From NCBI GenBank assembly GCA_012520175.1, contig JAAYOU010000029.1, positions 8,867 to 72,866 on the forward strand: 64,000 nucleotides of DNA, given 5' to 3'. Within the stretch, counting starts at the first letter, position 1; each line of letters begins with the position of its first letter. Shown here piece by piece: positions 10,684 to 19,566 of this stretch. The translations under genes were made by a program, and so were the position numbers. The DNA is from Bacteroidales bacterium. Its GTDB lineage: Bacteria; Bacteroidota; Bacteroidia; Bacteroidales; DTU049. Under the pieces are notes generated by a model. It made no database searches, was not told where the DNA came from, and was given only the letters and a program-made list of their open reading frames with translations.

Positions 10684-10814
10684 TTTTTTATTTTTTATTT
10701 GCTAACATACGATTTTTTTAACATATACAAATGTTAATAGGAATTTTTTAAAAAAACAACTTACTTTGTCTTTTAGAGCATAAAACAAACTATCCAAAAA
10801 TCAAATATAAAAAT

Positions 10815-11819
10815 TTATTTCAATTTTTCAGCCAGTTTTCTCATTTCTGTGCTTGGGGAAACATTATTATGACAAATATTGTAAACCGCATTTAAAATTG
10901 GCATATCTATCTTATAAAACTCATCATTAATTTCCTTCATACATTTGGAAGCGGTATAACCTTCAGCTACTTGCTTCATTTCAATGCGAGAATAATTTAC
11001 GCTATATCCTTTTCCAATAAGAGTTCCAAACATTCGGTTTCTACTAAATTGGCTATAGCAAGTAACAACAATATCTCCAGAATATGATGTCATTATTACA
11101 TCACGTTTTAAATGGTTTACAGCGTCTAAAAATCGCCTCATTTCTACAATTGCGTTTGTTGTAAGAACACTTAAAAAATTATCGCCATAACCTAAGCCTA
11201 CACTTACTCCAGCAGCAACAGCATATACGTTTTTCAACACAGAAGCATATTCTATACCTTCAACATCTTGCGATTGAGAAATTCTCATATTTCTTTTTCC
11301 CAACACATCAGCCATTATGCCACTAACATCTTCGTTTTTTGACGCAACAGTAAGGAATGAAAGTCTATCCATAACAACTTCTTCTGCATGAGTTGGTCCT
11401 GCTAAAGCGCCATAATTATCTAAAGGAACATTAAAAACCTGATTAAAATATTTGCTAATAATAAAATTATATTCTGGAACAATTCCTTTCACGGCTGAGA
11501 TTACAATTTTATCTTGTAAGATATTTTTGTCTAATTGCTCTAATTGTCTGTGCAGAAAAGCTGCTGGAATAGCAAATATAACAATATCTGATTCGTTTAT
11601 TACATCTTCAAGAACATTGCTCATATTTAGCAGTCCAATATTTAACTCTACTTGGCTTAAATATTCAGGATTATGACCATTATTTAAAATAGAATCTATT
11701 ACTTCTTGCCGGCGAATAAACCAATTTGCATTTTTTTGATGATGCTGCAAGAGTTTAATTATAGCTGTTGCCCAACTTCCGCCGCCAATAACTCCTATTT
11801 TATGAGCAATTTTAATCAT
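10815..11819 (-). CDS. gpsA: NAD(P)H-dependent glycerol-3-phosphate dehydrogenase
   Basis: 334 aa; Rossmann KIGVIGGGSWATAIIKLL; SAVKGIVPE; VLKNVYAVAAGVSVGLGYGDN. Confidence 0.9.
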   Translation of the reverse strand: MIKIAHKIGVIGGGSWATAIIKLLQHHQKNANWFIRRQEVIDSILNNGHNPEYLSQVELNIGLLNMSNVLEDVINESDIVIFAIPAAFLHRQLEQLDKNILQDKIVISAVKGIVPEYNFIISKYFNQVFNVPLDNYGALAGPTHAEEVVMDRLSFLTVASKNEDVSGIMADVLGKRNMRISQSQDVEGIEYASVLKNVYAVAAGVSVGLGYGDNFLSVLTTNAIVEMRRFLDAVNHLKRDVIMTSYSGDIVVTCYSQFSRNRMFGTLIGKGYSVNYSRIEMKQVAEGYTASKCMKEINDEFYKIDMPILNAVYNICHNNVSPSTEMRKLAEKLK

Positions 11820-11897
11820 TTCTATTTAAAAATAATTCTGCGAAATTACAACATTTTATTAAAACAACACATACCTGCTTAAATAGTAGTGTTTATA

Positions 11898-11938
11898 ATT
11901 ATTTTGGGCAAAACATAAATAGCTTTGCCCAAAATAAT
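11898..11938 (-). terminator. Stem-loop terminator downstream of the 11959-13608 gene
   Basis: Perfect 15-bp inverted repeat ATTATTTTGGGCAAA (11898-11912) / TTTGCCCAAAATAAT (11924-11938), 11-nt loop. Confidence 0.7.
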
Positions 11939-11958
11939 GTATGTTGTAATAACAGATT

Positions 11959-13608
11959 TTACAAATCAAAATTTTGTTTTCCTTGATTAAAAACTATATC
12001 AACAGGTATTTTATTTTCTTGTAGTCTGTCTAAATCTTTTTGTAATTCTGTTGAAATCACGCCATCACTTTCAACCCATTTTTTTACTTCGTCATAATTT
12101 CCGTCACCTTGCAATTCTACAATTTTCTTTACAAGAGATTCAACCACGCTTGGCATTTTGTCAAAATTAACAGTATAAAATCCTTTTTCATTACGCTGAA
12201 TAGCACCATTATTCATGAAATATTTAAAACACATCATGTTTGCCTTCCCATGAGCACTAGCAGCACCAAATCTAACTGATCTGAAAATACCTGCAACAAA
12301 TGAAACATAATTTTCTTTTATGTCGCCATCAGTAATTTCGCCTGCTTCACGTAATTTTGTAACTAAAAACAATCCCATTATATCAGCTTTGCACTCTTCA
12401 ATAGCAGAATAGGTGTCTTTTAGAGCCTCTCTAACAGTTCCTTTTCCATTAATGGTGTTTTTAACTCCAAGTCCGTGAGCTACTTCATGGAACATAACAT
12501 TTTGGAAAAAGGCATCAAACTTAACATATTGTTGCTGAGCTGGGTCGGTTAAAATTTTTGAAATTGGGAATAAAATTTTATCAAATTTCGCTTTCATTGC
12601 GTTTTTCAGTTGAAGTTTTCTTGTGCCTTTATTCAACTGTACCTTTTCGTCGTTTGGAAGATTTATAGCAATGGTTTTGCTTCCGCTATTGCAGTCACCA
12701 CCGTAAAAAATTGCTTCATAAACATTCATATCGCTGTCTATGCCAGGAGTTTCGCTTTTATAAGCATCTGCTACTGGTAATTTCTTTTGTAAATCAGGTA
12801 ATAATTTTGCAAATCTTTCCAGTTTTTTGCTCCATTCCACATCTTTAATTAAAATAAACGACTCAAACGCTGCTTTGTAGCCGTAAAGAGCATCTTCATA
12901 ATTTTCAATTGGTCCAACAATAAAGTCAATATTGGAATCTTTCATATCCATCCAAGCCATGTCGCTTTCATAATAATCAGAAGAAAGAAGGGCTTTTGCT
13001 CTCAATTCAAGATATTTTTTAAAACCGCTGTTTTCAGCTAACTCAGCTGCTTTCAGCAACAATTCAGAAGCCTTTGTAAGTTGCTCCTTATAAAACTCAT
13101 GATACCAAACAACGCTCAAAGATTTATCTTCGTTTCTCACAATCATGGTGTATAAGTTAGTTTTATCAGGATTGTCTAACTTTTCAAATTCTTCTTTTGT
13201 TATATCAGCAGGATAAAAGCCCGCTCCGGCTGGTTTTTCGCCAAATCCGCTTATAAAAGGCTTGTTATTGTCAAGTCTATCCCACGGACCATAATTTATT
13301 TCTGCAAAACGCTTTGCATCAGCATCTTTAATTGTGTCTAAAAAAGAACTTTTTTCTCCTATGGTTTGCATCCAAAAGAGGTCGTCCATAATTTCAGCAA
13401 CTTCAAATAGAATTGGAAGCATTTGCTTTTCTTTGGCGCTTAAATGGCTAATATCTGCTGTTAAATCAACCATTGCATACTGATCAACTTTTTCTTTCAT
13501 ATTGATTTTTGTTGTATCATTTTCATCTGTTTTCTTTTTGCCAGAACCGCATGAAACCATCGTTAGTACAAAAAGAGATAATGTCGGAATAAGGAATATT
13601 TTTTTCAT
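11959..13608 (-). CDS. Zn-dependent hydrolase, dipeptidyl-peptidase III-like (M49-like) lipoprotein
   Basis: 549 aa; lipobox LTMVSCG; zinc motif FHEVAHGLGVKN followed by EECKADIMGLF. Confidence 0.7.
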   Translation of the reverse strand: MKKIFLIPTLSLFVLTMVSCGSGKKKTDENDTTKINMKEKVDQYAMVDLTADISHLSAKEKQMLPILFEVAEIMDDLFWMQTIGEKSSFLDTIKDADAKRFAEINYGPWDRLDNNKPFISGFGEKPAGAGFYPADITKEEFEKLDNPDKTNLYTMIVRNEDKSLSVVWYHEFYKEQLTKASELLLKAAELAENSGFKKYLELRAKALLSSDYYESDMAWMDMKDSNIDFIVGPIENYEDALYGYKAAFESFILIKDVEWSKKLERFAKLLPDLQKKLPVADAYKSETPGIDSDMNVYEAIFYGGDCNSGSKTIAINLPNDEKVQLNKGTRKLQLKNAMKAKFDKILFPISKILTDPAQQQYVKFDAFFQNVMFHEVAHGLGVKNTINGKGTVREALKDTYSAIEECKADIMGLFLVTKLREAGEITDGDIKENYVSFVAGIFRSVRFGAASAHGKANMMCFKYFMNNGAIQRNEKGFYTVNFDKMPSVVESLVKKIVELQGDGNYDEVKKWVESDGVISTELQKDLDRLQENKIPVDIVFNQGKQNFDL

Positions 13609-13714
13609 ATTTTCAAATTTTTAGCTAAGATAAAAAATTTTTAGAAATTTTAATATTAACATTTCAAAGTTTAGCATTTATAAAATTTTATCTTTTTAAT
13701 TAAATGTAAAATGC

Positions 13715-13722
13715 TATTTTTG
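13715..13722 (+). promoter_or_regulatory. Candidate Bacteroidota -7 element (TAnnTTTG) for the six-gene operon
   Basis: TATTTTTG, 10 nt upstream of ATG 13733; no convincing -33 TTTG and very short leader implied. Confidence 0.25.
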
Positions 13723-13732
13723 TACAAAAAAC

Positions 13733-15178
13733 ATGATATTTCCTTTTCTTCCAGAATTAAGCAACAATAATGCTATTTGCGTAAAAGACAAATTCTTTAC
13801 GTACACTCAATTTCGTAAAAGAATTGACAGTATCGCCTTTGAGCTTTCTACACACAATTACAAAAACGCAGCAATTGGTCTTGTAGCTTCTGACCACGTT
13901 GACACATACGCAGCAATAATGGCAATTTGGGCTACGGGAAACATATTTGTACCTTTAAATCCATATCATCCAAAAGACCGCATAGAAAGCATTGTTAGCC
14001 AATCAGAAATTAAATTGATTTTGTATAGTGTCGAAAAAGTTAATTCTGATAAAAATTTTGTTTGCACCTTAGACTTAGAAGAAAAAGGATTTACCGACAT
14101 TGCACAACCTAAAAATGAAGACATAGCCTACATTTTATTTACATCAGGAAGCACTGGTTTGCCAAAAGGTGTGCCTGTTTCCTACGGCAACGTGCGTTCC
14201 TTCCTAAAAGGATTAGATGCAATTCAATACGAGCTAGATGTTGACAGCAAGTTTTTGCAAATGTTTGATTTAAGTTTTGATTTGAGCATTGTTTCCATTT
14301 TAGCTCCAATGATTTTTAAAGGCTGCATGTTCACAGTCCCTAACAACGACATAAAGTATCAAACTGTTTACAGATTGCTAGAAGAATACGATATAGAGTT
14401 TGCTATTGTAGTTCCAAGCATTATTACATACCTACGCCCTTATTTTGAAGAAATTTGTCTCGAAAAAATGAAACATCTTTGCTTTTCTGCCGAGGCATCG
14501 AAAGATACAATAACTTCTGAATTTATGAAATGCTGCCCAAATGCGAAATTTTATAATTTATACGGACCAACAGAAGCAACCATTTTCGCACTATGGTATA
14601 ACATTCCAACAAAAAATATTCCTTCCCAAAACGGCATTATAAGCATTGGACAGCCTACAATTGAAACAGAAGCACTTATTGTTGACGATGAAAATAATAT
14701 TGTTAAAGACGGAGAAAAAGGCGAATTATTGCTGAGTGGAAACCAAGTTATAAGCTCATATTTAAAAGACGAAGAAAAGGACAAAGAAGCTTTTGTTTAC
14801 ATAAACAATAAAAGATATTACCGAACTGGCGATATTTGCTCAAAAGACGGAGACCTTTACTTTTATCTTGGAAGAAAAGACTATCAAGTAAAAGTTCGCG
14901 GATTCCGCGTAGAACTTAGCGAAATTGAACACCATATTACATCGTATTGCAATGAAAATCGCACTGTAGCTCTTGCTTCAAAAGACGAAAACGAAAGCGA
15001 AATAATTGTAGCAATAATTGAAAGTGAAGAAATTGACACTAAAAAACTAAACGAATATTTAAAAAGCAAAATGCCTTTTTACATGATTCCGTCAAAATAT
15101 TATTTCATGTCTAATTTTCCGCTAAATAACAATGGCAAAATAAACAGAAAAGAAATAGAAAAAATATTTTTAAACTAA
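13733..15178 (+). CDS. AMP-binding/adenylation enzyme (DltA-like amino-acid or acyl activating)
   Basis: 481 aa; core motifs YILFTSGSTGLPKGV, FDLSFDLSIV, YNLYGPTEATIF, YRTGDICSKDGDLYFYLGRKDYQVKVRGFRVELSEIE, NNNGKINRKEI. Confidence 0.9.
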   Translation: MIFPFLPELSNNNAICVKDKFFTYTQFRKRIDSIAFELSTHNYKNAAIGLVASDHVDTYAAIMAIWATGNIFVPLNPYHPKDRIESIVSQSEIKLILYSVEKVNSDKNFVCTLDLEEKGFTDIAQPKNEDIAYILFTSGSTGLPKGVPVSYGNVRSFLKGLDAIQYELDVDSKFLQMFDLSFDLSIVSILAPMIFKGCMFTVPNNDIKYQTVYRLLEEYDIEFAIVVPSIITYLRPYFEEICLEKMKHLCFSAEASKDTITSEFMKCCPNAKFYNLYGPTEATIFALWYNIPTKNIPSQNGIISIGQPTIETEALIVDDENNIVKDGEKGELLLSGNQVISSYLKDEEKDKEAFVYINNKRYYRTGDICSKDGDLYFYLGRKDYQVKVRGFRVELSEIEHHITSYCNENRTVALASKDENESEIIVAIIESEEIDTKKLNEYLKSKMPFYMIPSKYYFMSNFPLNNNGKINRKEIEKIFLN

Positions 15179-15867
15179 TGAAACCAGATTACACAATTAG
15201 ACGAGCAACAAAAAGCGACTATATGTTTTTAGCCGAAGCCGTTATTAAAGCTGACTTAGGAACAGAAGGCAAAAACTCAAGCTATGCTGCTTTGTTGGGT
15301 GTAAGCAACGAAACGGCGATTAATTCTATTGCTGCAATGATGGACGAAGAGGTTGGCGGCTGCGAATTTTGCCCAACGACATTTCTTGTCGCAGAGTGCG
15401 AAAACAAGCCTGTTGCCTGCGTTTCATCATGGATTGAAGGAGAAAACGACATTTCGTCATGGCAAATTCGCACTGCTCTAATAAGAGAATATTTCCCAAA
15501 AGGCTCTATTGAACACATTTTAAAACTTAGCGAGCTAACTAATGAAGTAATGGTGCACAGAACTGATGGAGCTTTGCAAATAGAGTCAGTGTTTGTTTCT
15601 CCGGAACATCGAGGACATGGATTGGCGTCAGAACTTATTAAAGCTCATGTTATTGACGCTCACAATAAAAATACTAGTGCAAAAATTGTAGAATTAATGA
15701 CTTATACAAACAATGAATCTGCTATTAATTCTTATTCAAAACTTGGATTTTCTATTATAAGCAAAACATGTAGTAATGATTCTAAAGCTTTGGATTTTTT
15801 TCCGCACAACAGCATGGTTTTGATGCAAGTTGAATTTGAAAAATTATTAAAACATATAAAAATATGA
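15178..15867 (+). CDS. GNAT family N-acetyltransferase
   Basis: 229 aa; IESVFVSPEHRGHGLASELIKAHV acetyl-CoA loop, YSKLGF; start overlaps previous stop (taATG). Confidence 0.85.
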   Translation: MKPDYTIRRATKSDYMFLAEAVIKADLGTEGKNSSYAALLGVSNETAINSIAAMMDEEVGGCEFCPTTFLVAECENKPVACVSSWIEGENDISSWQIRTALIREYFPKGSIEHILKLSELTNEVMVHRTDGALQIESVFVSPEHRGHGLASELIKAHVIDAHNKNTSAKIVELMTYTNNESAINSYSKLGFSIISKTCSNDSKALDFFPHNSMVLMQVEFEKLLKHIKI

Positions 15868-16109
15868 AAAACGAAGAAATATCAAATAAGGTTCAAGAAA
15901 TATTTAGAGATGTATTTCAAGCTCCAACCTTAGAAATAAACCCTGAAATGACAGCATCTGATGTTGAAAAATGGGACAGCCTAACGCATTTAACTATGAT
16001 TGCAAAAGTGGAAGAGGTTTTCGGGTTTAAATTTAAATTGAAAGAAATGATCAAGATGAAAAACGTGGGAGATATGTTAAATATTATAAGCGAAAAAACT
16101 AATTCATAA
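15864..16109 (+). CDS. Acyl carrier protein
   Basis: 81 aa; phosphopantetheine attachment motif VEKWDSLTHLTMIAKVEEVFGFKF; 4-nt overlap with preceding gene. Confidence 0.9.
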   Translation: MKNEEISNKVQEIFRDVFQAPTLEINPEMTASDVEKWDSLTHLTMIAKVEEVFGFKFKLKEMIKMKNVGDMLNIISEKTNS

Positions 16110-16110
16110 A

Positions 16111-17583
16111 ATGAAAAGATTTCAAGTATTATTAATTATTTTATTAAGTGGATTATTATTGCTTGCTGCATCATATTTTTGGCCCAAAGATGATGTTAAA
16201 TTTGGCAAACATGTAATAAAATTTATACCTAAAAATGAAATATTAAGGTTTAAAGTTCAAGAAAGCTCTCAAAATGTGGACAGCATCATTGCGGCGTTGG
16301 AATCGCGTGCGTATGGCATTAACGAAGATAATATAAAACGCATGAGTATATTAGATGAATCCATTTTTTCATCAAGTCTTTTTTTAGAAAATCCTGAAAC
16401 TGGCAATGGAGAAACAGCTTTAAGCAACTTCTTTAAAGCTCTACAAAAAACAGACTCAACACTTATTCGCATAGGGCATTATGGCGATTCGCAGATAGAG
16501 GGAGACCGCATTACAAGCATTATTCGAATAATGTTTCAAGATAAATTTGGCGGAAACGGCGTGGGATATGTTCCTATAGATGACATAACAGATCCTGTAA
16601 GCTACACTAGAAGCTGTAGTCCGAACTGGGTGCGATATACTGTTTTTCACAATAGATCTTCAAAAGGGCTTTACAACAATGGAGGCTGTGTTTTTCGCTA
16701 TCGTTTTGTAGTGCCAGAAAGCACTAGAGACAGCATTTCAGACAAAGGCGACACAATAAAAATAAAAGTTCCTGCTGCGTCATATTCTGACGCTACTCTT
16801 TTTCTAAGGCTTTTCAGAGGCTATAGCAGTATGTCTATTTGGTACGGCAATGGGACAGAAAAATCAAATTTAAAAATATATAATAGCAAAAACAATGAGC
16901 TTTTAGCTAATGTTTCCTTAAACTCAGAAGACCTTTTTAATGTTTTAAAAATTCCGCTAACGCAAAATGCCACAACAATAAAATGCGTGTTTACTGGTCC
17001 TAGCCCAGAAATATATGGATTTAGCTTTGACCCGCTAAAAGGCGTTCAGTTTGACAATTACGGACTACGCGGTCATGGCGGCGAAGGAATTTTAAGTATT
17101 TCATCAAGCTTTTTAAATGTTCAATTCGTAAAACTTAATAATCAACTAGCTATTTTACAATTTGGCGGCAATGTAACACCATACGTTAAAAACGAATCAT
17201 CTTTAAATGGCGTAAAGCAAAGCTATAATAGGCTGTATGCACATTTCCGAAAAGCTATGCCTTCCGGCTCTGTATTGGCAATTGGCGTAAACGATGTAGC
17301 ACGCAGCGTTGGAGGCACATACGTGTCTTATCCAATGGTGGGTCGCATTCGTGATGTTCAAAAAGAAGTTGCCCTACAAAACGGATGTGCGTTTTTTGAC
17401 CTTTACAAGCTGATGGGTGGCGAAAACTCCGTGTTGTCTTGGCATAAAAAAGGCTGGGCATCAAGAGATGGGCATTTTAGCGATCGCGGTCGCGAAATTG
17501 TTGTAAACGAATTATTTATTGCAATAATGAGTGAGTACAACAAATTTCTTATTCATGGAACTAATTTAAAAAATGAGAAATAA
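16111..17583 (+). CDS. Membrane-anchored SGNH/GDSL-like protein
   Basis: 490 aa; N-terminal TM; block I RIGHYGDSQIEGDR, ALGxND-type LAIGVNDVARS, C-terminal RDGHFSDRGREIV. Confidence 0.75.
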   Translation: MKRFQVLLIILLSGLLLLAASYFWPKDDVKFGKHVIKFIPKNEILRFKVQESSQNVDSIIAALESRAYGINEDNIKRMSILDESIFSSSLFLENPETGNGETALSNFFKALQKTDSTLIRIGHYGDSQIEGDRITSIIRIMFQDKFGGNGVGYVPIDDITDPVSYTRSCSPNWVRYTVFHNRSSKGLYNNGGCVFRYRFVVPESTRDSISDKGDTIKIKVPAASYSDATLFLRLFRGYSSMSIWYGNGTEKSNLKIYNSKNNELLANVSLNSEDLFNVLKIPLTQNATTIKCVFTGPSPEIYGFSFDPLKGVQFDNYGLRGHGGEGILSISSSFLNVQFVKLNNQLAILQFGGNVTPYVKNESSLNGVKQSYNRLYAHFRKAMPSGSVLAIGVNDVARSVGGTYVSYPMVGRIRDVQKEVALQNGCAFFDLYKLMGGENSVLSWHKKGWASRDGHFSDRGREIVVNELFIAIMSEYNKFLIHGTNLKNEK

Positions 17584-19561
17584 AACAAACATATTATTTT
17601 TCTTCTTATTTGGATTTTTTGCATTCACTTTCAATTGCTATGCACAAAAGGATTATAGCAATGTTGAGTATTTAAAAGAATCCTTAGCTTATAGTGATTT
17701 TTACGAATTTATCAAATACGATAAAAACATGCTCGAATGGCAGGATGTAAACGTAATTTCTCCTTTTTTTGAAAAATTAAAAAACGCTGACAAAGATAAA
17801 GTTGTTATTCTTCATATTGGCGACTCACATATTCAAAGCGACATTGGAGCAGGCACAACAAGAGCTTTGTTGCAAAAAATTTTTGGTGTTGGTGGTAGAG
17901 GAATTGTGTTTCCATATCAAATTGCAAAAACACATTCAGCATTTGACTATTATGCTAAATATTCAGGAACATGGATTGCTTCAAAAAATGTTGAACTAAA
18001 GCCAAAGCTAAATATTGGAATTAGCGGTATCACTTGTTTTACAAATGATTCCTCTGCAAACTTTCAATTAATTTTTAAAAACCGTTATTACTCAATTCAT
18101 CCAAGTTTTACCAAACTGCGCTTGTATTGCCATAAAGGAAAAGAAAGTTTTGATATAAAAATACGCTCTGACAAAACAAAAGAATGGATTGATGTAAATT
18201 GCAGTTCAAAAGACACTTTGCCCTACGTGGAAATCTTATTACCAATTTCTTTTGATACTTTGTTCGTGGAAATAAACAAAACTTCAGAAGAACAAAAATA
18301 TTTTGAACTTTATGGTATAGAAATTCAAGGAATAAAAAATTCAGGAATTCAGTATATAAGTGTTGGTATTAATGGTGCTGGATATAATAGTTTTTTCAAT
18401 CAAAATTTGATGAAAAATCAATTGAAATTTATTAATCCAGACATGGTTATTTTTGATCTTGGAATAAATGATTTTTACAGAGGTGCATTTAATTACCAAT
18501 ACGTGATGAGTAGCATAAACAAGGCTATTGCTCTTTTTAAAGAAACATGCCCTAACTCCGTTTTTGTTTTACCAAACGCACAAGACATTTATTATAGAGG
18601 CAGGAACATTACAAACTGCAAAAATTACAGCACACTTACCCGACTAATTGCCAAAGAACAAAACATTGTCCTGTATGATTATTTTAATATTTCAGGAGGA
18701 CCTCAATCAATGCTTCTTTGGTCGAAAAATGGACTTTCTCAACGAGATAAAGTTCATTTAAGCTACACTGGCTACAAAACAAAAGGAGAACTTTTTTGTA
18801 ACGCTATTTTAAACTCATACATAACATATTTATCCAAAAAACCTGATAGCTTATTGGTGTTGAACGACTGTATAGACACAACAAATTTCCACAATTGGAT
18901 AATAAACAAATCTACTTACTATAACCGAAAACAAATAGAAACATCTGACAAGATAAATAGTTATAAAGACAAACCAATTGTTGCCAGCAAACCAGCTTTA
19001 TCAAGCGATGGAAAATATTATATTGTTCGTTCTGGAGACAACTTGGGCGTTATAGCTAATAAATTTGGCGTTAGCGTATCCAATTTGCAAAACTGGAACA
19101 ATTTAAAATCAACCACTATTTATCCTGGGCAAAAACTTTTGGTGGGCAGCGGTTCAAGCGGAAGTGTAAGTGTTAGCGCCAATACAAAAACAGGAGTTAA
19201 AACAACAACTCAGCAAGGTGCAAAAAAAATCGTTTACACAATAAAAAAAGGCGACAATTTATTTGCTATTGCCAAAAATTTTAATGTTTCAATAGACAAT
19301 ATAAAACAATGGAACGGGCTCTCTTCCAACAATATTACTGCGGGTAAAAGTTTAGTTATTTATTCTTCTGTATCCGCTCCAAAAACTACAACTCAAACTA
19401 GCAGTTCATCAAAACCCAGAAATATATCTTATGTGGTAAAAAGCGGTGATTCTTTATGGTCAATAGCAAATAAATACGGAACAACCGTAGAGCGCATAAA
19501 AAAAGATAATAAATTAAATTCTGACAAACTGATTTTAGGACAAAAATTAATCATTAATTAA
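17573..19561 (+). CDS. Secreted SGNH/GDSL-like protein with three C-terminal LysM modules
   Basis: 662 aa; signal peptide; ILHIGDSHIQSD, DLGINDFYRG, RDKVHLSYTGY; LysM: YIVRSGDNLGVIANKFGVS, YTIKKGDNLFAIAKNFNVS, YVVKSGDSLWSIANKYGTT. Confidence 0.9.
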   Translation: MRNKTNILFFFLFGFFAFTFNCYAQKDYSNVEYLKESLAYSDFYEFIKYDKNMLEWQDVNVISPFFEKLKNADKDKVVILHIGDSHIQSDIGAGTTRALLQKIFGVGGRGIVFPYQIAKTHSAFDYYAKYSGTWIASKNVELKPKLNIGISGITCFTNDSSANFQLIFKNRYYSIHPSFTKLRLYCHKGKESFDIKIRSDKTKEWIDVNCSSKDTLPYVEILLPISFDTLFVEINKTSEEQKYFELYGIEIQGIKNSGIQYISVGINGAGYNSFFNQNLMKNQLKFINPDMVIFDLGINDFYRGAFNYQYVMSSINKAIALFKETCPNSVFVLPNAQDIYYRGRNITNCKNYSTLTRLIAKEQNIVLYDYFNISGGPQSMLLWSKNGLSQRDKVHLSYTGYKTKGELFCNAILNSYITYLSKKPDSLLVLNDCIDTTNFHNWIINKSTYYNRKQIETSDKINSYKDKPIVASKPALSSDGKYYIVRSGDNLGVIANKFGVSVSNLQNWNNLKSTTIYPGQKLLVGSGSSGSVSVSANTKTGVKTTTQQGAKKIVYTIKKGDNLFAIAKNFNVSIDNIKQWNGLSSNNITAGKSLVIYSSVSAPKTTTQTSSSSKPRNISYVVKSGDSLWSIANKYGTTVERIKKDNKLNSDKLILGQKLIIN

Positions 19562-19566
19562 TAAAC

